This document shows, in pieces, positions 18,075-26,518 of a stretch of DNA of 64,000 nucleotides. Every line of letters begins with the position of its first letter. Within the stretch, counting starts at the first letter, position 1. Made by a program: the position numbers and the translations under genes. This DNA comes from an uncultured Thermoleophilia bacterium (lineage in GTDB: Bacteria; Actinomycetota; Thermoleophilia; UBA2241). The stretch is taken from NCBI GenBank assembly GCA_963695395.1, contig CAVOGK010000012.1, forward strand, positions 205,372 to 269,371, given 5' to 3'. Under the pieces are notes generated by a model. It was not told where the DNA came from, made no database searches, and was given only the letters and a program-made list of their open reading frames with translations.

Positions 18075-19511
18075 TCAATCCTCCACGCCGCGGCCGCGCG
18101 CCTGGGGCGTGCCCAGGCGGCAGACCGCCTCGGCGGTCAGCAGCTCGTCGTACCGCTCCGGCGTGAGCAGGCCGTCGCCGACGACCACGTCGCGGATCGT
18201 CGCTCCACGATCGAGGGCCGCGCGCACGACCTCGCAGGCGGCGTCATAGCCGATCTCGGGCACGAGCGCCGTGGCGGCCGCGCTGGAGGCGCGCACGTGC
18301 GCGGCGCAGCGCTCCTCGTCGGCCTCGATGCCCTCGACGCAGAAGCGGCGCAGGATCTCGTCGGCGCTCGCCAACAGCCGCAGGCTCTGCAACAGGCTGG
18401 CGGCGATCAGCGGGAGGAAGGCGTTGAGCTCCAGGCTGCCGAGGCCGGCGGCGGTGGCGATGGTCGCGTCGTAGCCGAACACGAGCAGCGCCGCCTGGCT
18501 CACGGCCTCGGGGATCACGGGGTTGACCTTGCCGGGCATGATGCTCGAGCCGGCCTGCCGCTGCGGGAGCCGGATCTCGCCCAGCCCTGCCTCCGGGCCG
18601 GAGCTCATCAGGCGCAGGTCGCCGCAGACCTTGAGGAGCGTCGCGGCGTGAGCCTTGAGGATGCCGGAGACCTCGACGAAGACGTCCGTGTTCTGCGTCG
18701 CCTCGCCGAGGTTCTCGGCGCGCGCGAACCCGATGCTGGTGAGTTCGCGCAGCACGTCGACGACACGGAAGATGTACTGCCGCGGAGCGGCGAAGCCGGT
18801 GCCGATCGCCGTCCCGCCGAGGTTGACCACGCGCAGGCGCTCCTCGCACTTGTAGATGCGCCAGCGGTCGCGGTTGAGCGCCTCGGCGTAGGCGCCCATT
18901 TCGCGGCCGAGCGTCGTCAGGACCGCGTCCTGGTACTGCGTGCGCCCCACCTTGACGATGTGCGCGAACTCCTGCTCCTTGGCCTGGAAGGCCTCCTGGA
19001 GCGCGACCACCTGCTCCTCGAGTCGATGCAGCAGTTCGATCGCGGCCAGCCGCAGCGCCGTCGGGTAGGTGTCGTTGGTGCTCTGATGGAGGTTGAGGTC
19101 GTCGAGCGGCGAGACGCGGGCGTAGTCCCCCGGCAGGGCGCCGAGGAGCTCCAGCGCGCGGTTGGCGAGCACCTCGCTCACGTTCATGTTGGTGCTCGTC
19201 CCGGCCCCGCCCTGCAGCCGGTCGACGACGATGTGCTCGTCGAGGAGGCCGTCCGCCAGCTCGCGGCAGGCGCGCTCGATCGCGTCGGCCTTGGCGTCGT
19301 CACCGTCCCAGACGCCCAGCGCCCGGTTGGTGCGCGCGCAGGCGAGCTTGACCACGCCGTACGCCCGGGCGAGCTCAACGTGGACCGGGCGGCCGGCCAG
19401 CGGGAAGTTCTCGAGCGCCCGCTCGGTGTGTGCGCCGTGCAGACTGCCCGCCGGCACGGCGACCTCGCCGAGCAGGTCACGCTCGATGCGCGCGTCGTCG
19501 CTCAACGTCAC
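18075..19511 (-). CDS. aspA: Aspartate ammonia-lyase (fumarate-lyase superfamily) embedded in the hyd maturation operon
   Basis: GSSIMPGKVNPVIPEA signature, TNDTYPTA, RIERDLLGEVAVP N-terminus. Start taken at GTG 19511 (the ATG at 19580 would overlap the upstream gene). Confidence 0.85.
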   Translation of the reverse strand: MTLSDDARIERDLLGEVAVPAGSLHGAHTERALENFPLAGRPVHVELARAYGVVKLACARTNRALGVWDGDDAKADAIERACRELADGLLDEHIVVDRLQGGAGTSTNMNVSEVLANRALELLGALPGDYARVSPLDDLNLHQSTNDTYPTALRLAAIELLHRLEEQVVALQEAFQAKEQEFAHIVKVGRTQYQDAVLTTLGREMGAYAEALNRDRWRIYKCEERLRVVNLGGTAIGTGFAAPRQYIFRVVDVLRELTSIGFARAENLGEATQNTDVFVEVSGILKAHAATLLKVCGDLRLMSSGPEAGLGEIRLPQRQAGSSIMPGKVNPVIPEAVSQAALLVFGYDATIATAAGLGSLELNAFLPLIAASLLQSLRLLASADEILRRFCVEGIEADEERCAAHVRASSAAATALVPEIGYDAACEVVRAALDRGATIRDVVVGDGLLTPERYDELLTAEAVCRLGTPQARGRGVED

Positions 19512-19536
19512 CCTGTCGTCCGCCGGGCGCCGCCGC

Positions 19537-19797
19537 TCAGGCGCCGAACACCATCTTCTGGACCTGGACGCCCTCGACATCGTCGAGCTTGGCCTGCATC
19601 GCCGAGGCCTCGTCGTCCGTGCCGAAGAACTCGATGAGGACGACGCCGCTCGGCGAGCACACGCTCTCGCTCGCGTCGTGCAGCCCGATGCGCGTCTTGA
19701 TGTTGCAGCCGTACTCGGTGAAGACCTTCTGGACCTCCACCGCGTTCTTGAGGCGGTCAGAGACGTGGATGCCGAGGATGATGTGCGTGTCGCTCAC
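19537..19797 (-). CDS. Small ACT-like protein of the TM1266 type (putative iron-only hydrogenase system regulator)
   Basis: 86 aa, MSDTHIILGIHVSDRLKNAVEVQKVFTEYGCNIKTRIGLHD... Its position between hydG and aspA matches my recollection of the family found next to hydG/hydE. Confidence 0.8.
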   Translation of the reverse strand: MSDTHIILGIHVSDRLKNAVEVQKVFTEYGCNIKTRIGLHDASESVCSPSGVVLIEFFGTDDEASAMQAKLDDVEGVQVQKMVFGA

Positions 19798-19851
19798 GTT
19801 CGTCCCTTTCGGAGGATGGTGATGGGTCTGGTCGCGCTCGCCGGCGCCGCC

Positions 19852-21255
19852 TCAGCAGAGGATGTCGCGCTTGCCGGCGCGCACCTGGGCGAGCATCTTC
19901 TCGGTGTGGGCGCGGCGGACGGGGTCCATCTCCGCGATCTTCTGCTCGATCAACGGCTCTCCGATGGCCCGGGTCTCCGCGGAGCCGTAGTCGAGCAGAT
20001 ACTCCTCGAAGGTGCTGAGCGCGTTGGGGTCGCAGTGGTGCTTGATGTCGCCCGGCTTGGCGAGGTCCATGAAGTCCATGCCGGTGCGGCCGAGGCGGTA
20101 GCAGGCCGTGCAGAAGCTGGGCACGTAGCCGAGTTCGGCGACGTCGCGGATGACCTCGTCGAGCGAGCGGTGGTCGCCGAGCTGGAACTGCGCCGCGTCG
20201 AACTCCTCATCCTCCTCGTAGCCGCCGGGGTTGGTGCGGCTGCCGGCGGAGATCTGGCTGACGCCGAGCGCGAACGTCTCGCGGCGCAGGTTGGCTGTCT
20301 CACGGGTGCTCATGATCATGCCCGTGTACGGCACCGCGAGGCGCAGGATGGCGACGATCTTGCGGAAGTCGACGTCGCTCACCGGCAGCGGCGGTTCGCT
20401 CGCCATGTCCGAGCCGCTGGCCGGCTCCAGGCGCGGCATGCTGATCGTGTGCGGCCCGACGCCGTAGGCGCGTTCGAGCTCACGGATGTGCTGCAGCATG
20501 GCGAGGATCTCGAAGCGCCAGTCGGCGAGGCCGAAGAGGACGCCGATGCCGACGTCGTCGATGCCGGCCTCCATGGCGCGGTGCATGCCGGTGACGCGCC
20601 AGTCGAAGTCCCGCTTCTTGCCGCCGACGTGCACGGTCCTGTAGGTCTCGCGGTGGTACGTCTCCTGGAAGAGCTGGAAGGTACCGATCCCGCTCGCCTT
20701 GAGGGCGCGGAAGTCGGGCACGCTCAGCGGGGCCACGTTCACATTGACGCGGCGGATCTCTCCGTTGCCGCGTTTGACGTCGTAGATGGTCGCGATGCTG
20801 TCGAGCACGTACTGAAAGCCGCCGTCCCTGGGATACGACTCGCCGGCGACCAGCAGGATGCGCTTGTGTCCCTGGTCGACCAGAGCTTCCACCTCGCGGC
20901 GGATCTCGTCCTGGGTGAGGGCGCGCCGTTTGAGCTCCTTGTTCTTCACGCGGAAGGCGCAGTAGAGACAGTCGTTGTTGCAGAGGTTGCTGATGTAGAG
21001 CGGGGCGAAGAGCACGAGGCGCGCGCCGTAGATGGCCTCCTTGGCCTCGCGCGCCGTCTCGAAGAGCTCCGCCAGCAGCTCGGGGTCGCTCACCGAGGTG
21101 AGGACCGCGACCTCGTCCATCTCGAGTCCGTCGAGCTCGCTCGCCTTGGCGAGGATCTCGCGTACCCGCGCGGCGTCTTTGGTGGACGCCGAGTGCATCG
21201 CCTCGTCGATCGCGGCCTCGTCGATGAACGCACCTGTCTCAGCCACGGCGGTCAT
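19852..21255 (-). CDS. hydG: [FeFe]-hydrogenase H-cluster radical SAM maturase HydG
   Basis: CNNDCLYCAF radical-SAM motif, ThiH-like body, C-terminal accessory-cluster Cys motif FCTACYR...HHCDPN. Confidence 0.95.
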   Translation of the reverse strand: MTAVAETGAFIDEAAIDEAMHSASTKDAARVREILAKASELDGLEMDEVAVLTSVSDPELLAELFETAREAKEAIYGARLVLFAPLYISNLCNNDCLYCAFRVKNKELKRRALTQDEIRREVEALVDQGHKRILLVAGESYPRDGGFQYVLDSIATIYDVKRGNGEIRRVNVNVAPLSVPDFRALKASGIGTFQLFQETYHRETYRTVHVGGKKRDFDWRVTGMHRAMEAGIDDVGIGVLFGLADWRFEILAMLQHIRELERAYGVGPHTISMPRLEPASGSDMASEPPLPVSDVDFRKIVAILRLAVPYTGMIMSTRETANLRRETFALGVSQISAGSRTNPGGYEEDEEFDAAQFQLGDHRSLDEVIRDVAELGYVPSFCTACYRLGRTGMDFMDLAKPGDIKHHCDPNALSTFEEYLLDYGSAETRAIGEPLIEQKIAEMDPVRRAHTEKMLAQVRAGKRDILC

Positions 21256-22550
21256 GCATCACTCTCCGAGTCGACGACTGGCGGCTTGGCGCACTCCGCA
21301 CCAGCCGGGATCTCAAAGCTGAACTCCGCCCACTGCCCCTGCTCCGACTCCGCGGTGATGCGGCCCTTGTGCAACTGGACGATGCGCCACGAGTTGTAGA
21401 GGCCGACGCCCGTGCCGCGGAGGCTCTTGAAGGCCGGGTCGTCCAGGCGCGAGAACCTGCGGAAGAGCTTGTTCTGCTGCCCGTGGCTGAAGCCCGGCCC
21501 CGAGTTCCACACGCTGATGCGGAGGCGCTCGCCGCTCTTCTCGTCCACGGTGACCTCCGCCTTCACGCGGATGTCGCCGCCCTCGTTGCCGTACTTGATC
21601 GCGTTGTCGAGGAGGTTGACCGTGACGACGCGAAGCAGCGTCGGGTCGCAGCACACCAGCGGCAGGTCCGGGGAGGGCATGCAGATCATGAGGTGGATGC
21701 CGTGGGCGTCCGCCTGGGGGCGGACGAGATCGACGGCCTCCGCCACCACTTCCTCCATCACGTCCACGCGCGAGCGGGGGGCGAGCCTGAGCTCGCCGCC
21801 CTCCACACGCGCGAGGTCGAGGTACTCACGCACGAGGCTGAGGAGGTACTGCCCTTTGCGCTCCATGCTCAGGACCTTGGCACGCTGCTCTGGCGTGAGA
21901 TCGCCGAGGTAGCCCTGCGAGAGGATCCGGGCGTCGGTGACCATGGAGGCGACCGGACTCTGCAGTTCGTGGCTCACGAACCCGAGCATCTGCGTGTAGG
22001 CGTAGTTGGCCTCCTCGAGCTGCTCGATGCGCCAGGCCTTCTCGACCGCCTGGCTGAGGCGCTCGCTGATCGCCATCTGCAGTTCGATGTGGTTGGGCCC
22101 GTACGTGTACGGCGTGCGCGAGCTGCGGAAGATGAAGCCGACGACGCGACCCTCGACGATGAGCGGGCACGTGAGGCTGGAGCGCACGCCTTCCCTGATC
22201 AGCAGCTTGGACGAGCGGCTGCGCGGGTGGTCGTGCGCGTACGCCTCGAGATCGTTGATGATGCGCGGCAGCCCGCTGTGCATCACGTCCGTCAGCGTGC
22301 TGCCTCGCAGGCCCTCGCGGTACCCCTGGTCGATGCGCAGAGGCTCGTAGGAGGCGCGGTTGTAGTAGCTGGTGACGTAGACGGATTGCTCGTCGACGAA
22401 GGCGAGGCCCATGCGATCGCAGGGGATCAGTTCCTGCGTGTTTTCGAAGAGGTAGTCGACGATGGCGCGGAGTGAGGGACGAGCGGCGATCTTCTGATTG
22501 ACCGTGCGCAGCAACGTTCTCGCCTCGGGCGCCGATGGGCTTGAGGGCAC
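21252..22550 (-). CDS. Cytoplasmic GAF-domain sensor histidine kinase, translationally coupled to hydG
   Basis: GAF-like N-terminus, H-box FVSHELQSPV, HATPase N/G boxes (NLLDNAIKYG, GTGVGL). Its stop overlaps the hydG ATG (ATGA at 21252-21255). No TM segments seen. Confidence 0.85.
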   Translation of the reverse strand: MPSSPSAPEARTLLRTVNQKIAARPSLRAIVDYLFENTQELIPCDRMGLAFVDEQSVYVTSYYNRASYEPLRIDQGYREGLRGSTLTDVMHSGLPRIINDLEAYAHDHPRSRSSKLLIREGVRSSLTCPLIVEGRVVGFIFRSSRTPYTYGPNHIELQMAISERLSQAVEKAWRIEQLEEANYAYTQMLGFVSHELQSPVASMVTDARILSQGYLGDLTPEQRAKVLSMERKGQYLLSLVREYLDLARVEGGELRLAPRSRVDVMEEVVAEAVDLVRPQADAHGIHLMICMPSPDLPLVCCDPTLLRVVTVNLLDNAIKYGNEGGDIRVKAEVTVDEKSGERLRISVWNSGPGFSHGQQNKLFRRFSRLDDPAFKSLRGTGVGLYNSWRIVQLHKGRITAESEQGQWAEFSFEIPAGAECAKPPVVDSESDA

Positions 22551-22710
22551 CGGTGTCGCGGAACGGGTCGACGTACGTGACGGCGGGGTGTCGTCTCTGT
22601 TGCTCTCTGCCCATGGGCCTCACTTGGCCGGCGCCTCACGGCGTGTGTGTCGTCCGGCCGGCCGCAGCCTGCGCGGCCGGCGCAGTGCCCGCCTCAAGTC
22701 TACTCGATAC

Positions 22711-22751
22711 GGGCGGCCGGGCTGCCTTGACACTGGTCAGCCCGGCCGCCC
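22711..22751 (-). terminator. Terminator-like hairpin downstream of hydA1 (14-bp perfect stem)
   Basis: gggcggccgggctg-13 nt-cagcccggccgccc, about 110 nt after the hydA1 stop. No U-tract. Confidence 0.4.
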
Positions 22752-22858
22752 GGCGAGTCGCCTGGGGCGGCTGCTGTGCGGTCCACCTTCGGCGGTCCGC
22801 ACGCTGGCTCGCCTGCGGTGGCTACAGTGCGGTCCGCACGGTAGCTCCGCTGCGTAGG

Positions 22859-24787
22859 TTACTCCTGTGGGACGTGCTTGCCGCGAGCCGTGTACTCCGT
22901 GTGCAGGAGCTTGTGGCTCTTGTGGCCGCAGGGGCCCTCAGTGAGGAACTCGGCGTACGTCTGCAGCACCGCCGGGTTCTCGTGTGACTTGCGCACCGCG
23001 TAGGCGCTGTCTTCCGAGTAGATGGCCTTCGCGCGGGCGGCGCGGATATCGGCGCTGGTCGGGATCGGCTGACCGCCGCCGCCCAGGCACCCGCCCGGAC
23101 AGGCCATGAATTCGATGAAGTGGCATTCGCTGAACTTGCCGCCGGCCTTGATGTCGTCCATGACCTTCTTGGCGTTGGCGGTGCCGTGGGCAACGGCGAC
23201 CTTGAGCGTCGCGCCGTTCAGCCAGTCCCAGTTCGGCACGAGGTGCGCCACGATCTCGGGCACCGGGCCGACCTTGGGGATGGTGAGCTCGGCGTACTTG
23301 ACGCCCTCGAAGCCGCGCAGGGGGATGATGTCGCCGTGGTCGTAGATGCTCTCGACCTTCTCGCCCGTGACCATCTCGATGACCGTGCGCAGCGCGGCCT
23401 CCATGACGCCGCCGGTGGCGCCGAAGATGACGCCGGAGCCGGTGGCCGACCCGAACGGGTCGTCGAAGTCGCTCTTGGGCAGGCTCGGCACGTGCAAGCC
23501 GGCCTCCTTGAACATCTTGCCGAGCTCACGTGTGGTGAGGCCGTAGTCGACGTCCTGGAAGCCCGAATCGTGCATCTCCGGCCGGTTGCACTCGAACTTC
23601 TTGGCCGAGCAGGGCATGAGGGCGACGCTGACGATGTTCTCGGGGTCGAGATCGAGCTTGTCTGCGTAGTACGTCTTGATGAGCGCGCCGAACATCTGCT
23701 GCGGGCTCTTGGCGCTCGAGGCGTTGGGCAGGTACTCGGGGTAGAAGTGTTCGAGGTACTTGACCCAGCCCGGCGAGCAGCTGGTGAACTGCGGCAGGGC
23801 GATGCTCTCGTCCTTCTCCACGAGGGCCTTGTACAGGCGCAGGATGAGCTCGGTGCCTTCCTCGATGATGGTGAGGTCGGCGGTGAAGTTGGTGTCGAAC
23901 ACCCTGTCGAAGCCCGCGCGGCGGAGCGCCGTGTTCATCTCGAAGGTGACCGGCGTGCCGGGTTCGAGGTCGAACAACTCGCCCATCGCCGAACGCGGCG
24001 CCGGGGCGGTCTGGATCACGACGTGCTTGTCGGGATCGTCGATCGCGGCCCACACGGCGTCGGTCTCGTCCTTGGCGTACAGGGCGCCGACCGGGCAGCG
24101 GTTGACGCACTGGCCGCAGTTGATGCAGACCGCGGAGCCGAGAGGCATGTCCTCGAAGGTCTCGATGGTGACCTTGTTGCTGCGGCCCACGGCCTCGAGC
24201 ACGCCGACTTCCTGGATGTCGATGCAGGTGCGGATGCAGCGGCGGCAGCGGATGCACTTGTTCATGTCGCGCATGACGGAGTAGCTCGAGGTGTCGGTCT
24301 CGAACAGTGGCTCGCTCGGGTGCCCGAAGGCGAACTCGGTGACGCCGTACTCCTCGGCCAGCGACTGCAGCTCGCAGTTGCCGTTGCGCACGCAGCTGTA
24401 GCACTCGCCGCAGTGCTCGCTGAGCAGCAGCTCGAGCACGTGCTTGCGGGCCATGCGGACCTTACGGTTGTGCGTGCTGATCTTCTGCTGGTTGACGACC
24501 GGGAACGTGCAGGCGGGCTGCAACGTCCGCTGGCCCTCGACTTCGACCACGCACATGCGGCACACGCCGGCCACATCGAGGTCGGGGTGGTCGCACAGCG
24601 TCGGGATCTTGATCCCGGCGGTCTTGGCGGCCTGGAGGATGGTCGTACCGAAGGGGACCTTGGTCTCGATGCCGTCGATCTCGATGCTCACCTGGGCGCC
24701 GATGGCGTCCGGGCTGGTGGTGGTGATGACGCGTCGGTGCTGCTGCGAGAGCGGCGCGCGATGGATCGGGGTGGTGGGATTGCTCAT
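22859..24787 (-). CDS. hydA: [FeFe]-hydrogenase catalytic subunit, M3-type (2Fe-2S + His-ligated 4Fe-4S + 2x4Fe-4S + H-domain), copy 1
   Basis: N-terminal Fe-S motifs (CDHP..CRMC, HCGECYSC..C, CIRCRRCIRTC, CINCGQCVNRCP). H-cluster motifs FTSCSPGW, MPCSAKKFE, EFMACPGGCLGGGGQP. ATG at 24787 follows a GAGGGAG RBS. Confidence 0.95.
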   Translation of the reverse strand: MSNPTTPIHRAPLSQQHRRVITTTSPDAIGAQVSIEIDGIETKVPFGTTILQAAKTAGIKIPTLCDHPDLDVAGVCRMCVVEVEGQRTLQPACTFPVVNQQKISTHNRKVRMARKHVLELLLSEHCGECYSCVRNGNCELQSLAEEYGVTEFAFGHPSEPLFETDTSSYSVMRDMNKCIRCRRCIRTCIDIQEVGVLEAVGRSNKVTIETFEDMPLGSAVCINCGQCVNRCPVGALYAKDETDAVWAAIDDPDKHVVIQTAPAPRSAMGELFDLEPGTPVTFEMNTALRRAGFDRVFDTNFTADLTIIEEGTELILRLYKALVEKDESIALPQFTSCSPGWVKYLEHFYPEYLPNASSAKSPQQMFGALIKTYYADKLDLDPENIVSVALMPCSAKKFECNRPEMHDSGFQDVDYGLTTRELGKMFKEAGLHVPSLPKSDFDDPFGSATGSGVIFGATGGVMEAALRTVIEMVTGEKVESIYDHGDIIPLRGFEGVKYAELTIPKVGPVPEIVAHLVPNWDWLNGATLKVAVAHGTANAKKVMDDIKAGGKFSECHFIEFMACPGGCLGGGGQPIPTSADIRAARAKAIYSEDSAYAVRKSHENPAVLQTYAEFLTEGPCGHKSHKLLHTEYTARGKHVPQE

Positions 24788-24806
24788 GGTCACTCCCTCG
24801 CTCTCG

Positions 24807-26003
24807 TCAGGCGCTCGGTGCGCGGTTGCTGATCTCGTCCTCGAAGCCCTCGAGGATGGAGAGGAATGCGCTGGGGCTCGTCTGCCCCAGGCCACACTTG
24901 GAGGCGACCGTCATCGTCTCGGCCAGAGCCTTGACGTCCGCCAGGAACTTGGGCGGGCATTCGCCCTTCTGGAGGAGCTGGACGGCCTGCAACATCTGCG
25001 GGTTGCCGAGGCGGCAGGGCGTGCACTGGCCGCAGCTCTCTTCGACGAAGAACTCGAGGAAGTTCTCGGCAACGTCGAGGATGTCGCGCTCGGGACCGAT
25101 GACCATCACGGAGCCGCCGGTCGGGATGCCTTCGAAGGCAAGCGCGCGGCTGAACTCCTTGGCCGGCACGCAGATGCCGCTGGCGCCGCCGATCTGGACG
25201 GCCTTGGCGCCCTGTCCGCCGACCTCCTCGAGCAGGTCGGCGACGGTGATGCCCCACGGGAACTCGTACACGCCGGGCTTCTCGCAGTCGCCGCTGATGC
25301 TGAAGAGCTTGTAGCCTGTCGACTTGTCGGTGCCGAACTCCTTGAACCAGTCTGTGCCCTTGGCGAAGATCGCCGCCACGGAGGCGAGCGTCTCGACGTT
25401 GTTGACGACGGTCGGGTTGTTCAGGAGGCCGGCGACCACCGGGAACGGCGGGCGGTTGCGCGGCTCGCCGCGGAAGCCCTCGAGGCTCTCGATGAGGGCC
25501 GTCTCCTCGCCGCACACGTACGCGCCGGCGCCCATGGCGGTGATGACGTCGAACTCGAAGCCTTCGACGCCCCCGACGCTGTGACCGAGCAGGCCCTGGC
25601 CGCGTCGCCTCTGGATGACCTCGTTGAGGTGCGGGCGCAGGTACGTGTACTCGGCGCGCAGGTAGATGATGCCGAGCGTCGCGCCGATCGCACGTCCGCC
25701 GATCGTCATGCCCTCGATGACGAGGTCGGCGAACCTGGTGAGGATGACGCGGTCCTTGAAGGTACCGGGTTCGCCCTCGTCGGCGTTGCAGATGATGTAC
25801 TTCTGGTCGGCCTTCTCCGCCGCGCAGAAGCCCCACTTCATGCCGGTGGGGAAGCCTGCGCCGCCGCGTCCTCTGATGTCGCTGTCGCGAACGAAGTCGA
25901 CGAGGTCGGCGCGGCTCATGGCCAGCGCGGCCTTGAGGCCGGCGTCGGCCTCGATGGTCTCGTAGGTGAGGGCGTTGCCCTGGGTCTCGATCATCGCGGG
26001 CAC
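24807..26003 (-). CDS. hydB: NuoF-like flavoprotein subunit (FMN/NADH, one 4Fe-4S), minimal 398-aa form
   Basis: GRGGAGFPTGMKW, NADEGEPGTFKDR, ESCGQCTPCR, CGLGQTS. GTG start follows GGAGGG. No N-terminal 2Fe-2S domain and no C-terminal ferredoxin domain. Confidence 0.9.
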   Translation of the reverse strand: MPAMIETQGNALTYETIEADAGLKAALAMSRADLVDFVRDSDIRGRGGAGFPTGMKWGFCAAEKADQKYIICNADEGEPGTFKDRVILTRFADLVIEGMTIGGRAIGATLGIIYLRAEYTYLRPHLNEVIQRRRGQGLLGHSVGGVEGFEFDVITAMGAGAYVCGEETALIESLEGFRGEPRNRPPFPVVAGLLNNPTVVNNVETLASVAAIFAKGTDWFKEFGTDKSTGYKLFSISGDCEKPGVYEFPWGITVADLLEEVGGQGAKAVQIGGASGICVPAKEFSRALAFEGIPTGGSVMVIGPERDILDVAENFLEFFVEESCGQCTPCRLGNPQMLQAVQLLQKGECPPKFLADVKALAETMTVASKCGLGQTSPSAFLSILEGFEDEISNRAPSA

Positions 26004-26006
26004 CGG

Positions 26007-26505
26007 TCAGCCCTCCTGGGTCGCAGCGGCGGACCCGGCAGGCGGCGACGATCTCGCGCGCCGTCTCCGGGGTGACCCGCGTGTGGACCTCGTCGTTCAC
26101 GAGCAGGGCGGGGCCCTGATCGCACATGCCGACGCAGCTCGCCCACTCGAGGGTGAAGAGCCCGTCGCTCGTGGTCTCGTCGAAGCCGACGCCGAGCTCG
26201 TCGGTGAGGGCCTCAGCGACGGCTTCCTTGCCGGCGAAGTCGCACGCGAGGGTGCCGCAGAGCCGGATCACGAACTGCCCCTCGGGGGCGCCGTGCAGGA
26301 AGGCGTAGAAGGAAGCGACGCTGTAGACCTCCACCGGGTGGATGTCGAGCGCGTCGGCGATGGTCTGCATGGATTCGGAGTCGACCTCGTGGAAGCGCCG
26401 CTTGACGTCTGCGAGGATCGGGATGAGAGAGCTTCTGCCCGGGCCGAGCTTCTCGACCAGGGCGGTGAGGTCGGCGCGGAGTTGATCTTGCTGGGTCGCT
26501 GGCAT
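26007..26505 (-). pseudogene. hydC: NuoE-like 2Fe-2S subunit (HydC-type) whose reading frame lacks a stop; net +1 frameshift near 26026-26034
   Basis: MPATQQDQ... with CGTLAC and CVGMC 2Fe-2S motifs. The frame runs on without a stop through all of hydB to 24790. Shifting one nt near GTCCGCCGCTGC gives ...AATQEG*, with TGA at 26007-26009 two codons before the hydB GTG. Start to that stop is 499 nt (3n+1). Confidence 0.75.
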
Positions 26506-26518
26506 CAGGAGTCCTCTC

